A stretch of 64,000 nucleotides of DNA from Gonapodya sp. JEL0774. Lineage: Eukaryota. The translations under genes and the position numbers were made by a program. The stretch is taken from positions 62,001 to 126,000 of the forward strand of contig JADIIX010000008.1 of the NCBI GenBank assembly GCA_027604505.1. The letters are read 5' to 3'. Positions 25,901-39,503 of this stretch are shown one piece after another. The notes under the pieces were generated by a model. The model ran no database searches and was not told where the DNA came from. It saw nothing but the letters and a program-made list of their open reading frames with translations. The first letter of the stretch is position 1. Each line of letters begins with the position of its first letter.

Positions 25901-28900
25901 GAGGAAGAAAACGGGAAGAATGAGGGAGGCGATTACACAAACAGGGTAATTACGTTATGGTATAGGCCGCCAGAGTTGTTGTGGGGATCGACGAGATATG
26001 GCAGTGAGGTGGATATGTGGAGTGCAGGGTGAGTTTGTGGTTTGCCGATTTCTTTGAGGGGATATGCCACAACGATTGCCACTCTCACCTCAAATTTTAC
26101 AACACCACGGACAGCTGTATCCTTCTCGAGCTATTCACTCGCACAGCTGCTTTTCAAGGGACAGACGAGATCTCACAGCTGAGAGCCATCTGGAAGGTAT
26201 TGGGCACACCAACAGACGATGAGAAACGCGAGCTCCAGGATCTGCAATGGTTCAAGTTCGCTCAGCCTAGGGAACCTTATCGAAGGACATTGGAAGAGGT
26301 AGCGAAGTGAGTGACGTGATGACAGGATTGGCATACTCTTCCTTCGGTGGCTTGTCGGCCATCGTTAGTTCTGATGTAAACCAACCTACCTTCTAGCGCT
26401 CACAAGATCCCGCCTTCCGCGGTGGACCTGATCTCTAACTTGCTTTCGTACCAACCCTCCAAAAGGCTCTCCGCCGCAGAGGCGCTTGCGCACCCATGGT
26501 TTGCGGAGGAACCACTGGCCTGTCCTGAAGGGAACCACATGCCCATTAACGTGGAAGGAGAGTGGCACGAGTACGATGCGAAACAAAGAAAGAGAGCGAG
26601 GAGGAATATGGGGTTGGACGAGAACGCCCCTGCAAATATGGGGTGGGAGGTTGCTCCTGCGTCCGCATCAGCTCAAGTTCCAGGAACGGTAATTGAATCT
26701 GCCATACCTGAGCCCGTGGTGGACGCGCGCCCACCTGAGGGAGTGTCGGAAGGAATGGCCGAAAATGAGAACGCCGCACCTGAACGTCCGCCGTCACCGG
26801 CGATGAAACCATCGGAGGAACGGAAGAGCAAAATACCGGCTTTTGAGGAGGGCGAGGTACGGGTGATGAAGGAAGCAGAAGAAGAAGAGATAGATTTGGA
26901 GGATGAGTTGGAGAGGCGATATGACGAGACCAGAAGATCTGAGAAACGGGAACTGGTGAGTGGGTGACTTTTGAGGTATTTTACTTGCGTCAGGTGACAA
27001 TTTTTTCGTTAGTCTCAGGCCCCTCCTTCTTTCGTACCTCTGCCCTCCATTGTTGCTCAACTGCCTTGGAAAACCGAATCGCGTCGGCCCGAGTCCCTCT
27101 CGGACGCTATGGCCCGCCTCCAATTCATTCCTCCTTCCTCAATTGCCGCCATGGCAGAGTCTCTCGGTTTTCGCCGTCGCGATATTCGTACCGAACATCA
27201 TCGATCTCTGACCCGTTCATTACGAAAGGTTACAGCTCGAAAGCAGGATCGCCAGGTGTCTCCATCCAGATCACCGCGTCGGGTGCGAAAAGCGAGAAGC
27301 TCACGGTCTAGCATGAGCAGGAGTAGAGAAAGGGAGTACAGGCATAGTGGAGTTGACAACAGGGATCGTGACAGAGTGAGGGATCGGGACCGCGACCGTG
27401 AAAGAGAGAGAGAGCGGGATCGGGAAAGGGATATTGACAAGGACAAGGAGTGGGAAAGGGAAAAAGATCGTGACAGGAAGCGCCCTCGGGAGCGAACACT
27501 CAGTCCAAGTCGTAGTCGAGAGAGGGATCGACGGAGCAGGCGAAGCCCGTTGTTGGTACCGGACGTTTCTCCAGGACGGAAGCGGAAGGAAGGCGCGGAA
27601 AGCGCGTGGAAGCGTAGTTCTAAGATAGTCACCGATGATCGACACCTCAGTTCCGGACATAAGGGTTCGGATATGTCGGATATGCTGCGACCACCACCTG
27701 AGATTCCCTCCCAGCATGGGAGTTCGCCATCCACTCCTCGCGATCATCCAGTCCCGTCCAAAATAGATCTTACAGATGAGTTCAAGAAAGAGGTACAGGA
27801 GTTGCAGGGAGGCTCGTCTCCGGTGAAGAAGCCTGGTGTGGTTATTCAAAAATTGACAACCAAACCAGTGTCCGCGCCCCGCGTCCGAGCGGGCTTCACT
27901 GCGGCGGCAGACTCTCTGAATACTGCATCGTCTTTCTTGGCCAAGTCTGTGGCGTCACCCTCGAAGCCCTTATTGGAGAAATCTTCGCCTGCTCCTCCTC
28001 CGTTACAATTCACCCAAGGAACGCCAGTTCCACAGCCTGCTAAGAAATCCACCTTGTCTATCTTCGGCGCCTCTCACGATACAGAAAAGGCACGACAATT
28101 TCATGAGCAAGTCGAACTCGCTCGTGAAGATGCCCGCCCCGCGAAGAGCAAAGTGGTCGATGGCGCCAAATACAGCAATGCCGCGAAGCCGATATCTGCT
28201 ATTCCTCTTCCTCCCAAGCCTGATCGAATTGTTGTCACTCCTTTGCACAAAAAGCCCGACTTAAAGGAAATGGATGAGGATATGCGTATCTCCCAGGAAG
28301 TGTCCATCCTTGATTCCCCCACTGAATTTCCAAAAGTGCCCAGGCGACACGGAGCAGAACTTGGTGGTGATGCGCTTGGAAAGCTGGATCAAACTTCACG
28401 TGATCGTGAGGGTGCAGAGTTGAGCAGACCGGGACGCAGTTCTGAGGGCAAGACTCCAATAGGATCCAGGCTCCCAGAGAACGAAGCAATTGTAACTTCC
28501 GGAGATCCTTCCATCTCAATTGTCGTTACTGTACCAGATGAACACCAAGTACTGGTGAAGTCAATGGACGAGGAGCCTTCCGAATCGAAACTGTTCACTC
28601 TGGAAACGATTAACAATGTCATTTTTGAAGAGAACAGGGAAGATTCGGGACCCAAGTTGAAGCCCCTGAGCTTCACTGCACCGCGAATTGTGACGACTGA
28701 CGCGATGGAATTAGATTTATTCGAACCAGCTGTTACGACAACAGCAACAGTGGATCCTTCGTTTGTGACCGTAAAATCTGAGGATGACTCCGCGAGTCGA
28801 ATTCTGCAGCGTGATGGTGATCACTTTCCCCCAAGTAGCTTTGCAGAAACCATTGGAAAGCGAGTTCGGGATTTGAATTTTGAAACTACCGACCCGCCTC

Positions 28901-29682
28901 AGGCAAAGCGCTTCAAAGTGGATCAATCTGTCCTACTACCTCGTTCCCCGCCGGATACCGAGAGCCTTGCCCATGATAGCAAGTCTGCAGATCCTTTGGA
29001 GCCCGGAGATGGCACTGGTGGGGAGCTGGTGGATCATTTCCCACAAGAAGCGCTTCAAGAATCACAACCTGGCAACAATCATCGTGCGCTGTCACCGCCT
29101 CAACAAATCTCTTCGTCTGTTGTCCTTAGTTCGTCTGATGTTTCCAGTGTGGTTGAAGGTGTTCCCAAACGAGGAACCCTGGCCCTAGTTGCAGACTACG
29201 ATAGCGATAGCGGTACTACCACACCCATTGATGAGTATCGGAACGTGAGCGTTCCAAGTGCAGGAAACGTGAATCGTCTGTTTGATACTGCCCTCGAGGA
29301 AAATGTCTCACTATTAGACGGCAAATGTGGCACTTTTGGTGTCAGCTCTGAACCACCTGCATTAGAGGCGAATGACAGAGCCGCGAGAATTCCACTGGTG
29401 AGAGCAGGAAGTGGAGAGCATGGCGATGGACTTAACACTATTGATAGAGCGAGGGTGATTGTGGAAAGGACAGTTGTTCCGTCGGCGGAAATGTGTGAAG
29501 GATCGATGGTTTTTGCTGATGGCGAGCTATCCTTCACGGCACAAGACGCAAACGGAGTACCTGTTATACCCGCATTGCAAAATGTTCTCACAGTGACATA
29601 TCCACGGTGGGGTGGACTGGAAGTACCACCGTACACGAAAAGAAGAACGATTGCATATGAGAAGCTAATGGAAGCACCGTGA
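22973..29682 (+). CDS. CTD kinase CTK1/CDK12-like cyclin-dependent kinase with long RD/RE/RS- and Pro-rich extensions
   Basis: QVGEGTYGKVYKA, VALKKIRMETEREGFPFTSLREIKLL, DYYDHDL, HRDIKGSNLL, DFGLAR, YTNRVITLWYRPPELL, VDMWSAGC, EWHEY. The downstream 857-aa ORF joins in frame through an intron at ~26957-27018. Confidence 0.85.
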
Positions 29683-29859
29683 TGCATCGGCCTTTGGTGT
29701 TTTCGCTTGCTCTTCACCGCACGAGATGTAAAAGGAGCTCGTTGTAAATTGAACATATCGGACCCTTTCTATTCGTTTACATCCGCCATTCGTGTTTCTC
29801 TCATTGGGATATCTATCCTTCGATCGATCCCATGATGTTCCCCTAACAATAGTCTTGTT

Positions 29860-31637
29860 TTACCTCGCACCAGCGGCTACTGAGGCGTTGTGCTGTGAGA
29901 TTGACCATCAGGTCAGTTTAGGCTGACATTACGTTTGAGAACATCAATCAAACTAACCGTTGCAACGTGTGCGAAAAATGTTTGTTGTGTCAATGCCCCA
30001 AGGCTCCCACCCAGAAGGTCAGCTGATCAGTGAGTAATAGTCAGTCGCAAGTACTTAATTTGCTTGCAATGCTTGTTCTATGCAGAACGACCATTGCTTA
30101 CCGATCCAATACACCCAATGATGGCTCCAGTTACCGGTGACGATCGCTTGAATAATAGATGTTCTTGCGTAAGTTTTAAATCAAAATGATGAAATCCAGC
30201 TGTGGAACTCACCAGGCCCCTTCAAGTGGTGCGTTGTGTGGGATGACGTGAGCAGGAGTGAGCCTGGTTTACCGAGTGGGAGCGAATTCATGCAACTCAC
30301 AAATACTCTGGCGGGATTGAATGCACCTCCGCTCACACTGCCGCCAAGGAAACACAGGAAGCCAAGCGTTAGCCCGATTGCGAGCGGTGCGAAACCCGAC
30401 TTCGAGTTAGCACTTGTAGTGTAGATGGTGAGGTTCTTCCCCACAGATGAGTCCGACTGAGAAATCTCTCGGCCAGTCCCATTTGCATTGACCGAAACGG
30501 TTTTCTGCGCACCATCCACTAGCGGCTTAACAACGACCTTGTTGCTCGTGTCAACTGTCTCAAAAGCGGTCGCAAATATCACATATACAAGAATAAATGT
30601 GAGAGTCGCTTCCATGGCAAATGCTGTATGAGTTGCGTTGACGGGTCATCAAACGGAGCTCCACACGTATTTCCCAATTCTTGACAGGGTGCGCTTACCT
30701 CTCCCAATCACAACCTGGTCGCCAAAGTCGACCGCAGCGATCTCGGATGCGTTAAAACCGTTGTGTGGAGGGAAGACGACTTGGAGCCAGAGGGTTGACA
30801 TCACGGCGGCGAACAACTGGATGCCAATGAACCAAAGACCCTTTTTGACCGAAACTTTGCCAGTGACAATTGTCCCCATTGTGACCTTCGGTTGACAGGT
30901 GTGGATTGAGTTCCACGGGAAACATGCGTGCAAATGTCCCTACTTACCGCTGGGTTGAAGTGGGCTCCCGATACATCAGCAAAACTAAGGAAGGGAGTTT
31001 ATTCAAAGCATTTGAAATTTCTTCACGCTCGCGCAGCAAAGCCTGGAAGTACCTGTAAATTAACGCCACCGCACAGAATGCGGTAGATATACCACCCAAT
31101 GTCGCATCTGCCTCCGTCGGATTGGCCCGGCGAAAGTTTACCCCAACAGACATAACCACGCTTAAGATATGTGAGCATTTTCAGCGATGAGAGCCTGCTG
31201 ATACCAATACCTCAACACTCGGGTATCCGAATGTTACTCACAACAGGAAGAGGAACGTAACGAGGAACTCTCCCGCGACGGCTCTGACGAGCTGATTTCA
31301 TGCACAAGACCCAATGAAATGTTGAAGTTATTCGAGGTTGAAATTCAAGTCTTCGAGCCCTCATGAAACGCACCACACGTCTCTTGTCGGTCATATAAGC
31401 ATGGAGAGCTGGAATCCAGGTTTTGGCATTATGAGCATCAAATCCAGTATCACGTCGATCTATGAATCCCGCAAACTGAGCAGATCCAGCTGATTCGGCG
31501 CGAAGAGGCTCTGCAGGCAACTCTGCGGGAGCGTCTGATGGTGAATCGCCCATGTCCGAGGGTCCTCCCACGTCCACGGCGAATGAGTCAACCTCTGTGA
31601 ATTGACCATCTGGCGGAGGGATCTTTTGAAATGGCAT
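29860..31637 (-). CDS. Aquaporin / MIP family channel, multi-exon
   Basis: SGAHFNPA|VT and GGAFNPARVF motifs, hydrophobic helices (EATLTFILVYVIFATA, FAPLAIGLTLG, HWVYWI). 3' end approximate. Confidence 0.88.
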
Positions 31638-31994
31638 CGGTGTCGTTCTGATGTTACATCCGTCCGATGAGAGATGAGTCGCGTTTGGTGGAAAACCAGA
31701 GAATTAGATGGTGAATACAAATCACAATCAACGTGATGGCATCCGAACGAAAGAGTTGCTCACGTGATCGTACTGAACTGCGTCGACTGCAATCGCAGAC
31801 GGGTTGTGGAAGCAATTCACCGACTTTGGTCCGGAGAATCCTGGAGGAGTAGTGGGCATCTTGTGAACGCCCGTCACAACCAACAAATGCCGGCACGAAC
31901 GTCATGGCGAAAACCTCACAAAGAAACTGCAGATCACCTAATTACAATTAATGTCTGAAGCTTACAATAATATTCGCCATCTACAGGCACCGAT

Positions 31995-33106
31995 CTACAC
32001 AGGTCTGAACTTCTTCGCTTCCTCACGTACCCTTATCAAATATGCTTCTTTATCCTTTTTGCACATTGTGTAGGCCTCGGCCTGTGCAGGGGAATCCAAG
32101 TTAGGATTGTCGAGAAGGTCCTGGATGCCCAGAAGAATTTGCTTTAAAGTGATGGCGGGTTTCCAATCCTGAGCAAACAAAAAGAAGAGCAAGTAGTCAG
32201 TACACATATGAACGCGCTCATACCAGACATCGCAAAGGCGTTATTTGTAGGGCCGGTTGAAAAACGATAACAACTCTTTTTCAAGTTCAGCGTTTATCCA
32301 CTTGTTTACGACGCCGAGTCTTTCTCGACATTTATCGAAGAGTGACTTTCATTGTGCGCAATTAAGATTCTCCTTGATATAACGTTTTGAGTGACAAAAC
32401 CACTTCCTTGCTTTCTCCCGGTCGATTGGTAAACGAGTAATCGAATTTGGAGGTTTTGGCAATTCCAGTCCTTCTTTTCTCAGAAAACCCACCGTGGCCT
32501 CGTCCAGAATACTTAAGCATACCGTCCCACTGGGGTACACGTTGGGGTGAAAGAGTGGGGGAGTGAACTTGCATTTAGGTGGTTTCTGTGGGTACTCCTC
32601 GGGGAAGGTGATGGTCATGGTGTAAACGCCTTCAGCCCAAGGAGTTTTTCTTTTGCAATTTATAGGAAGTAATGAATGCAGTGGATAAGGTGATGATTGA
32701 GCAATTTTATGTCAAAGAACGGCGAGAGGAAGACGTTGGAGTCGGCGGTGCAAAAGCGATCCCATGACGCGAGACCACAAAAATGTGTCAGTCTATCCAT
32801 AGGCTGGTGTACCATCAGTATGAAGCATCGCAACGCACTCCTTCCCTGGAATCCCAACATTCCACTCCAAGAGATTCAAGTTGCCATCCGGAGATTTAGC
32901 TGGCCGGGCCCAGAAGCCGTATGGATGATCTACATGCAAGTTCAGTATGGTACAAATCGAATCCGATGGGAACAACAAATCAAGAATAAGAAGAAGGCGA
33001 CAGAATGGGTGAGACATCGGGGGAAAGGAGGGCCGGGGAAGAGCTGCTCACCTTTCTTCCACTGCTTTCGCTCTTCTTGAATCCTGGCACGACAAAGCGA
33101 TGTCAT
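31995..33106 (-). CDS. UBC9: SUMO-conjugating enzyme E2
   Basis: [72 protein letters not shown]. Confidence 0.95.
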
Positions 33107-33429
33107 GGTGACTGTTTTCGGACGAAGAATGAGAGTGTCGATATGTTATAATATGGGAGCGAACTGACAGGCCCAATAACACAAAAAACTGCCCTCCATT
33201 TTCCCAACCCAATCATGTAAATAATTGATCATCCCTAGCCGGCTGAGTTCAAAAGGACTTAGTGTGTGGAGACCAGTGATGCATATGTCGAAGTTGACAA
33301 GACGTGACTGGAGGGTAAAGGTGTACCCACTCATCCGAGATACGGTGCAAACTCAGTGGAATTCGGGGATTATACATAGAGGTAGAGTTTCCCACACAAT
33401 CTCTCACCACCACGTAATGCAACCGCCCG

Positions 33430-34280
33430 TCAGTACACCTCATTGCTGTACCCAATAATCTTCGCCAACTGTTCAAATTTGACTGTCTCCTGCTCCACCC
33501 TCGGCCTAGCCGTGTTCTCTCTTGTCACGGGGAGAACTACAACCGAATCATCCTTTTCGTCGAACCGCCACCCCTTCTCTGCAATAAACTCGCGAACCTC
33601 CACATTGCTCAGATTGAGCCAGTCCATCAGGAGTTGCTCCGAGACGGTTTGACAAGCTAACGTTGCGGTACGGGAGATAAAGTCACGGATGTGCTCATCA
33701 AACCCTTTGCAGTGGTCCAGTGCGCTTTCGCGGAGTGCGGTGTGGGACTCGACGTAACGCCAGAACTCAACAAAATTGCATCGCTCAAGGAGTTGCTGGG
33801 CTTCCCAGAGTTGTTGAAGTACCGGGTGTGCTGTGAGTACATCCTCGGAAAGAAGGGAGAGGCAGAGGTTGAAGTCCGGGTCGGGGAGGGCAGTGAGGGC
33901 TTTGGAGAGGACAGCAGCAATAACGTCCAGGTTTCTGAGATCTGGGTTAAACTGATAGAGCTTCAGGAGAGCGAAATTGGCGTCACGGTCGTATGTGTCG
34001 GCGTTTTGCTGTGTCGTGACGTATCTCTCCAGAATCTCAATGTTCTCGGGGTTGTACCTTGCGTCAAGATCATCACCGATATTAAAAGTGCGCATAGTGA
34101 ACAAAACATCATCCCGAAATAACGGGATTCGTGGTCGAATCGAGGCAGTTGAGGCGAGTTCAGTTGGAGCGAAATCAACCTACTGAATGCGCACCTCGCG
34201 ACAGTTTCCACGACATGCACAATCTCCTGGGGCCTGTGAGAGTTCTCCTCTGATTTATGACCGTTTTCAAGTCCAGGCAT
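33430..34280 (-). CDS. EIF3K: Translation initiation factor 3 subunit K
   Basis: RYNPENIEILERYV, YDRDANFALLKLYQFNP, KALTALPDPDFNLC, ETVKFEQLAKII. Confidence 0.9.
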
Positions 34281-34455
34281 TGCGATTCGGCGAACTGGAT
34301 TCAAAAACAAAAGGTCATTTGTCCGAAGCCACCTCTCACCGATAAAATATATGTTTCGGGAGACCTAACCTTTTCTCATCTTTTTCATGGCTGTAAGTCT
34401 CAGGAAAACTCTCAGCCTTGTTTCATCATCGACTTTTTGAACTGGTTAACTTGGT

Positions 34456-36504
34456 ATTTCGCTCAAGTATCGATATGATCGACCTCAATCACCGTACGAC
34501 ACTCCTCCTAATAGGTACTACGGGGCGGTCGCAGAGTCGTTACCGTCATCATACCCTGTACCCATTTCCATGTACGTTCTGTAACGGTATCCGTATGCTG
34601 AATTGGTGTGAACTTAACAAAGTCGCCTATGAACATTCGGTGAACTAACGCACAGGGGACACCAATATGGGCAGCCGTCCACCGCGGGAAGACCTCTACT
34701 GCTCCTCATGGGACAGCGAGGGTGTGTGATTGTCCATGGTCACTTTGTGACGTGTAATCCTCAAGATTCTCACACTTGCTGCAATGCAGGTCTGGTAAAA
34801 CTTCCATTAGTCACGTGGTCTTCAGGAAAATGTCGCCGAACGAAACCTTGTTCTTGGAGAGCACGACCAGCATTCAGCGAAATGATTACTTGTGGGTCAT
34901 ACTACCTGCGGCACTTGACATGTGGACTGAAGTGGAAATAATCGCTCGACCTTTCGACCAATCCACCTGCAATCGCGAACGTTACAATATAAATCCCACA
35001 GATCCTTCATTGAATTCGAGGTTTGGGACTTCCCGGGCTTTGCAGACCCTAACGACAGCTCGTGGGACCCCGAAAGTGTCTTTCGACAAACAGGCGCTCT
35101 CATGTTCGTCATTGATGCACAGGTGAGCCGCCAACAATGTTTTGTGATGTTCTGTTACGCGAAACCCTGCTTAGTGGGTTCGAGACAGGCGGAGTCTCGG
35201 AGATTGAGACTACTTGAACTGATTCTCCCACCGTTACTATGGCGAACAAACACTGCTGCCATGACTATCCGCACGACGATGCTTTCCCATTCACAACCGC
35301 AGATAATCGCATTCTCAGCTTTACTTTCCTTTCCTCTCCTGTTTCCCACGTTAGAGTGATTATACCCGATCAGTCGACCACCTCTTCTCAATAGTGCTTG
35401 CCGCACAAACAGCCAATCCGCGCATATCATTCGAAGTGTTTTTGCACAAGGTAGATGGCCTGTCGGATGACATGAAAGTTGGTGAGTGAGCGAGCAAGAT
35501 AGATTGGTGGACAAGATTGCCCTGGGGTTGTACAAAGCGGCTAGAATCTGCTACCACCCCAGCTTGTACGACACAAATGCCGCATATGCCCCTATTTATG
35601 TCTCGAGGATCCTGGCATTCATGTATCAACTTTCCAACCCTCTTGTCGCAGAAACGCAACGAGATATCCAACATCGTATCACGGAAGAGCTTATCACCGC
35701 CAATCTTGACTCAGTTCATCTGTCGTTTTACCTCACCTCCATATATGACCGTTCTGTTTTCGAGGCGCTTTCCAAAGTTATGCAGAAGCTGGTCAAAGAA
35801 CTGCCCACGCTAGAAAATTTGCTGAATATTCTATGTTCGGTAAGATTCTTGTTGGTTGACCACATTGCAATTGTTTGTGAAGTGTCGGCTACCAACTGAT
35901 TGAACTGTTAAGACCTCCGCCCTCGAAAAAGCTTTCCTCTTTGATGTCCGATCCAAAATTTACATCGCCACTGACTCTTCCCCCTACGACCTCCAAACCT
36001 ACGAGCTCTGTTCTGACATGATCGATGTCGTTATCGACATTGGCGCTATCTACAGCGGCGCTCGTACATCCTTACCGGCGTCTGCAACCTCAGCAATACA
36101 ATCGAGACCAGTTGCCACTGCAAGGAGGTCGAACGAGACTTCCACGCGCTCCCAGTTGTCACAGAGGGCAGCGGAGTTGAGTGGTGTGACCAGTATCGGA
36201 CAGGCCAGTGAGGATAGAGGGGTTTATGATGAAGAAGGACAAGCAGTGATCAGGCTTAACAATGGAACAATATTGTATTTGAGGCAGGTGGACAGGTCGG
36301 TGCATTCTTACCTTTGGGAGTTTGATTTCTTGACTGAACGAATCGTTTCTCGCGTTCTTCGCTTCATTCAGTAACCTCGCACTCGTCGCACTCATCAGGG
36401 AAGACAATTTTGAGCGACAAGGGCTTGTAGATTTCAATTTTAGAGTTTTTCGAGAAGCTGTCGTGCAGGTGTTTTCAAGAGCGAGCGACGAATTGTCACC
36501 ATGA
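34456..36504 (+). CDS. GTR2: Rag GTPase Gtr2/RagC-D
   Basis: [97 protein letters not shown]. Start codon approximate. Confidence 0.9.
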
Positions 36505-37059
36505 TGACCTTGATATTATATCATGTTTATCTGTTTCGTCACAAAACCGCTGTCCCATCATGATTGCCGGGTGCTTTTGCAGGGATGTCTTGTGAATAGG
36601 GAAGGGAGACAAACTGGAATCGTGAAAGCCTCATTGCAGCACGTGCAGGGGAGTGATCAGTTAGTTGCAGGGGATGGACCTAATAAAGTAATTGATCCAA
36701 TTCTACCCTCTCAAATCGCCGACGACCAGCATCGGGAAAAGAGAAAAGCAGGGAAAGAACTCAAGAGAGGGCTTTTTGTTGATTTGTCTCAGAACATTCT
36801 CGTGGTTTGGCTGGGTTGGAGAGCAATTTGGCATTCAATCACAGCACGTTGGCAGGAGCGGAGAAAGGTCCCCGGTTCTCCGCCACGAGAATCCACGATT
36901 CTATCCTTCTCCCCCAATTCTGCTTGTCCAGGATTCCATAGCCAAGCGACCCTGATTGCCAAAGGCACGTGGGGAGTTATCATATCCTCCTGGGGCTCCC
37001 CAATACTATTCCGACCAAGTGTCAAAGTCGGCAATTGCAGTGATTCATTCAGGTGTCGT

Positions 37060-39035
37060 ATGAACCGGGACGCGTGTATTGTAGACGATCTTGCACCCGT
37101 CGCGCATTCATCGAGGGTGGTCTCCACAACAAAGCAGAACCAGAATCAGCACCAGAATTTACATTCCAGCGCGGATCATTCCCCACATCTGGATTCCAAT
37201 TCCATTGTATCACCATCATCCTCGACCTCTTTTACGTCGGCTCGGTCGGGATCCTCTTTGTCATCCGACACGATCACCTCACAGCGTTCCTCTGGCATCA
37301 ACTCTGGGGAATTCTCCACCGCACCTCTAAATTTTATTACCTCGGACCTCTCCGCGCCGACAATTCAGGCGCTTGTCCATGCTGGACTCGGCGAATCCCA
37401 GATACTGCCGGACCTCCCCTCTGTCTGTGCGTCAACTAGTTCGCCACACAATCATCAGTCAGCTACCGACAGGCCCCCTTATCCACCTCCTGCATTCCAG
37501 TCACCGGACCAAACATTGACTCCGACGAGTATCTCCCATAGCTCTCCAATTCCTGCTGTCGCTTCGGGATTGAGTTGGTCCAAACCATCTGTTGCCCTTC
37601 CTACCTTAGCAGGATCTAGAAATCAGAGTTCTTCCTTCTTGGCATCCCCTCCTCTGGAAACTTCTTCCCCTGCACCAGTAACTGTTGCTGTAGTGGATCA
37701 CCAACCCATCTGCAACGAAGACCTCATTATGGACTCTGACTCAGACTACGATAGTGAAGAGGACTTTGATGAGCCCAGGCAACCCCGTTTCTTATCTGGT
37801 GGTGCTCGCTCTAGACCGAGGTCGGCGGCGAGCATGGTCCAGCTGCACCACTCAAGCTCCCGACCAGAACAGTTGCATTCACAACAGTTCATTCACAGCA
37901 CAGCCCCGACAGCTTCTCAAGTGCGCCCGATCACAGACCTTCCCTCCAATGCACCTTCGCTTCCTAGAAATGGTCCCAACCCTCCCCAAAACCAATTCCA
38001 GTTCTCAAACCCACCCTCAAATGCAACTGCGATGCCCAACCCGACATACCCAACCTCACACGCAGCAGACACGAAGCCAGCCTCTACGGAAGCTCAACCC
38101 ATGCAGATCGATCCACCCATGCAACATCCCTCCACATCCAACTCCGCTCCAGCGCCAGCACCGCCTGCTGTTGATGCAATGCGTCAGCATTTGCGCGACA
38201 CAGGGTACCGGGACGCGGGAGCGACCGGGAAGGATTATCTTCCGTCTACAGGAACAGTGCATTTTCCCGTCGCGGTGACGTCTCCGACGGTAGGCACGAA
38301 CGGGAGCCAGCTGGTGCAGGTTCCACCTCATTTCACTGAATGCGACGAAGAGCATTTGGTGAACGTTATTGCGGACATGTTGACCAAGCTCACCGTGTTT
38401 AATGACAAGATTAAGGTACTTTTAATCCGCTGGATCGACATAATTCCCGCAAGCCTAATCAGCCGAGTGCACAGGTTACTTCCGTCAATCTCACGCGCTT
38501 CCACAGCCGACAAGCTCCCCCCATAACCATAGGCGACTATCTTAGGCGCTGTGTGAAGTATGCGTCTCTCGAGCGCCCTGTTTTGCTGATGCTCCTGGTT
38601 TTCATTGACCGGGTGTGTGAGCGGCACAGGGGCTTTGTGGTGTCAAGTTTGACAGTGCACAGGTGGGACGTCGTGACGAATCGCTTCTTGCAATGCTGCT
38701 CAGAGCTATTAACATTCAGAAACGTTTTACCAGGTTCATTATCACAGCGCTCACGGTGGGTTCAAAGACCCTGTGCGACTCGTTTTGCACAAATAGCCAC
38801 TACGCTCGTGAGCTTCTTTATTCGCTTTGGCTCTCTTCAAACTCCAAGCTAACAACAAGTCATTCCAGGTGTTGGGGGAATCTCAACAAAAGAGCTTAAC
38901 ACTCTTGAACTTGAGTTCCTATTCCTCATCGATTGGCAGTTGTCGGTGGAAAGTGAAGTACTTCAACAATACTACGTCAATCTCATGCGACAGAGTGGGG
39001 TTTACACGGTCATTGCACAGATGGAGCATGCATGA
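37060..39035 (+). CDS. Pho80/Pcl-family cyclin with long Ser/Pro-rich N-terminus
   Basis: TRFHSRQAPPITIGDYLRRCVKY, SSLTVHRFIITALTVGSKTLCDSFCTNSHYARVGGISTKELNTLELEFL. Confidence 0.88.
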
Positions 39036-39503
39036 GGTTGTTTGCACTCACCTTCCTGTATCCGCCAAAAGTGGGACACTTTTCACGTTTCTTACTGATA
39101 CCTATAGGAAATCTTTGATTTCATGTAAGTCTAGGATACAGCGATGTGATGTAGGGTATTATATATATCACGAGATTTCTATTCCTATGTCATCCACTCA
39201 TGCCCTGATGAGCAGAGCAATGCTGCTTTATAAGTCGCCCAGCTGACTCCCGCCCGCAACCAATCATCCGGCACCTTGCTAGGTAGAAAGTAATACATGC
39301 GAGGGTCCTTATTGTGGTATCAATTTATCGTTTATCCATTTTCTACCGCGCACTCTTCCCCATGGTAATGGATATCAGCAGTGTAGCTTCAGCAGCTCAG
39401 CAACGCAAGATACACAATAAGATTTGAATTTCTACAGTTCTATAAACTGATGATCGCCCCAAACTGCTTTCGATATGTTACACGCACACTAGAACACAGA
39501 CCA

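Noticed and set aside
36523..37059. 5' extension of the 667-aa ORF upstream of the cyclin
   Set aside because: It begins immediately after the Gtr2 stop and looks like UTR/intergenic sequence. ATG 37060 is a more plausible start.
17742..39035. Apparent nutrient-signalling cluster (TIP41, Gtr2/RagC, Pho80 cyclin)
   Set aside because: The genes are interspersed with unrelated housekeeping genes over 20 kb, and no shared motif was seen. Chance is sufficient.
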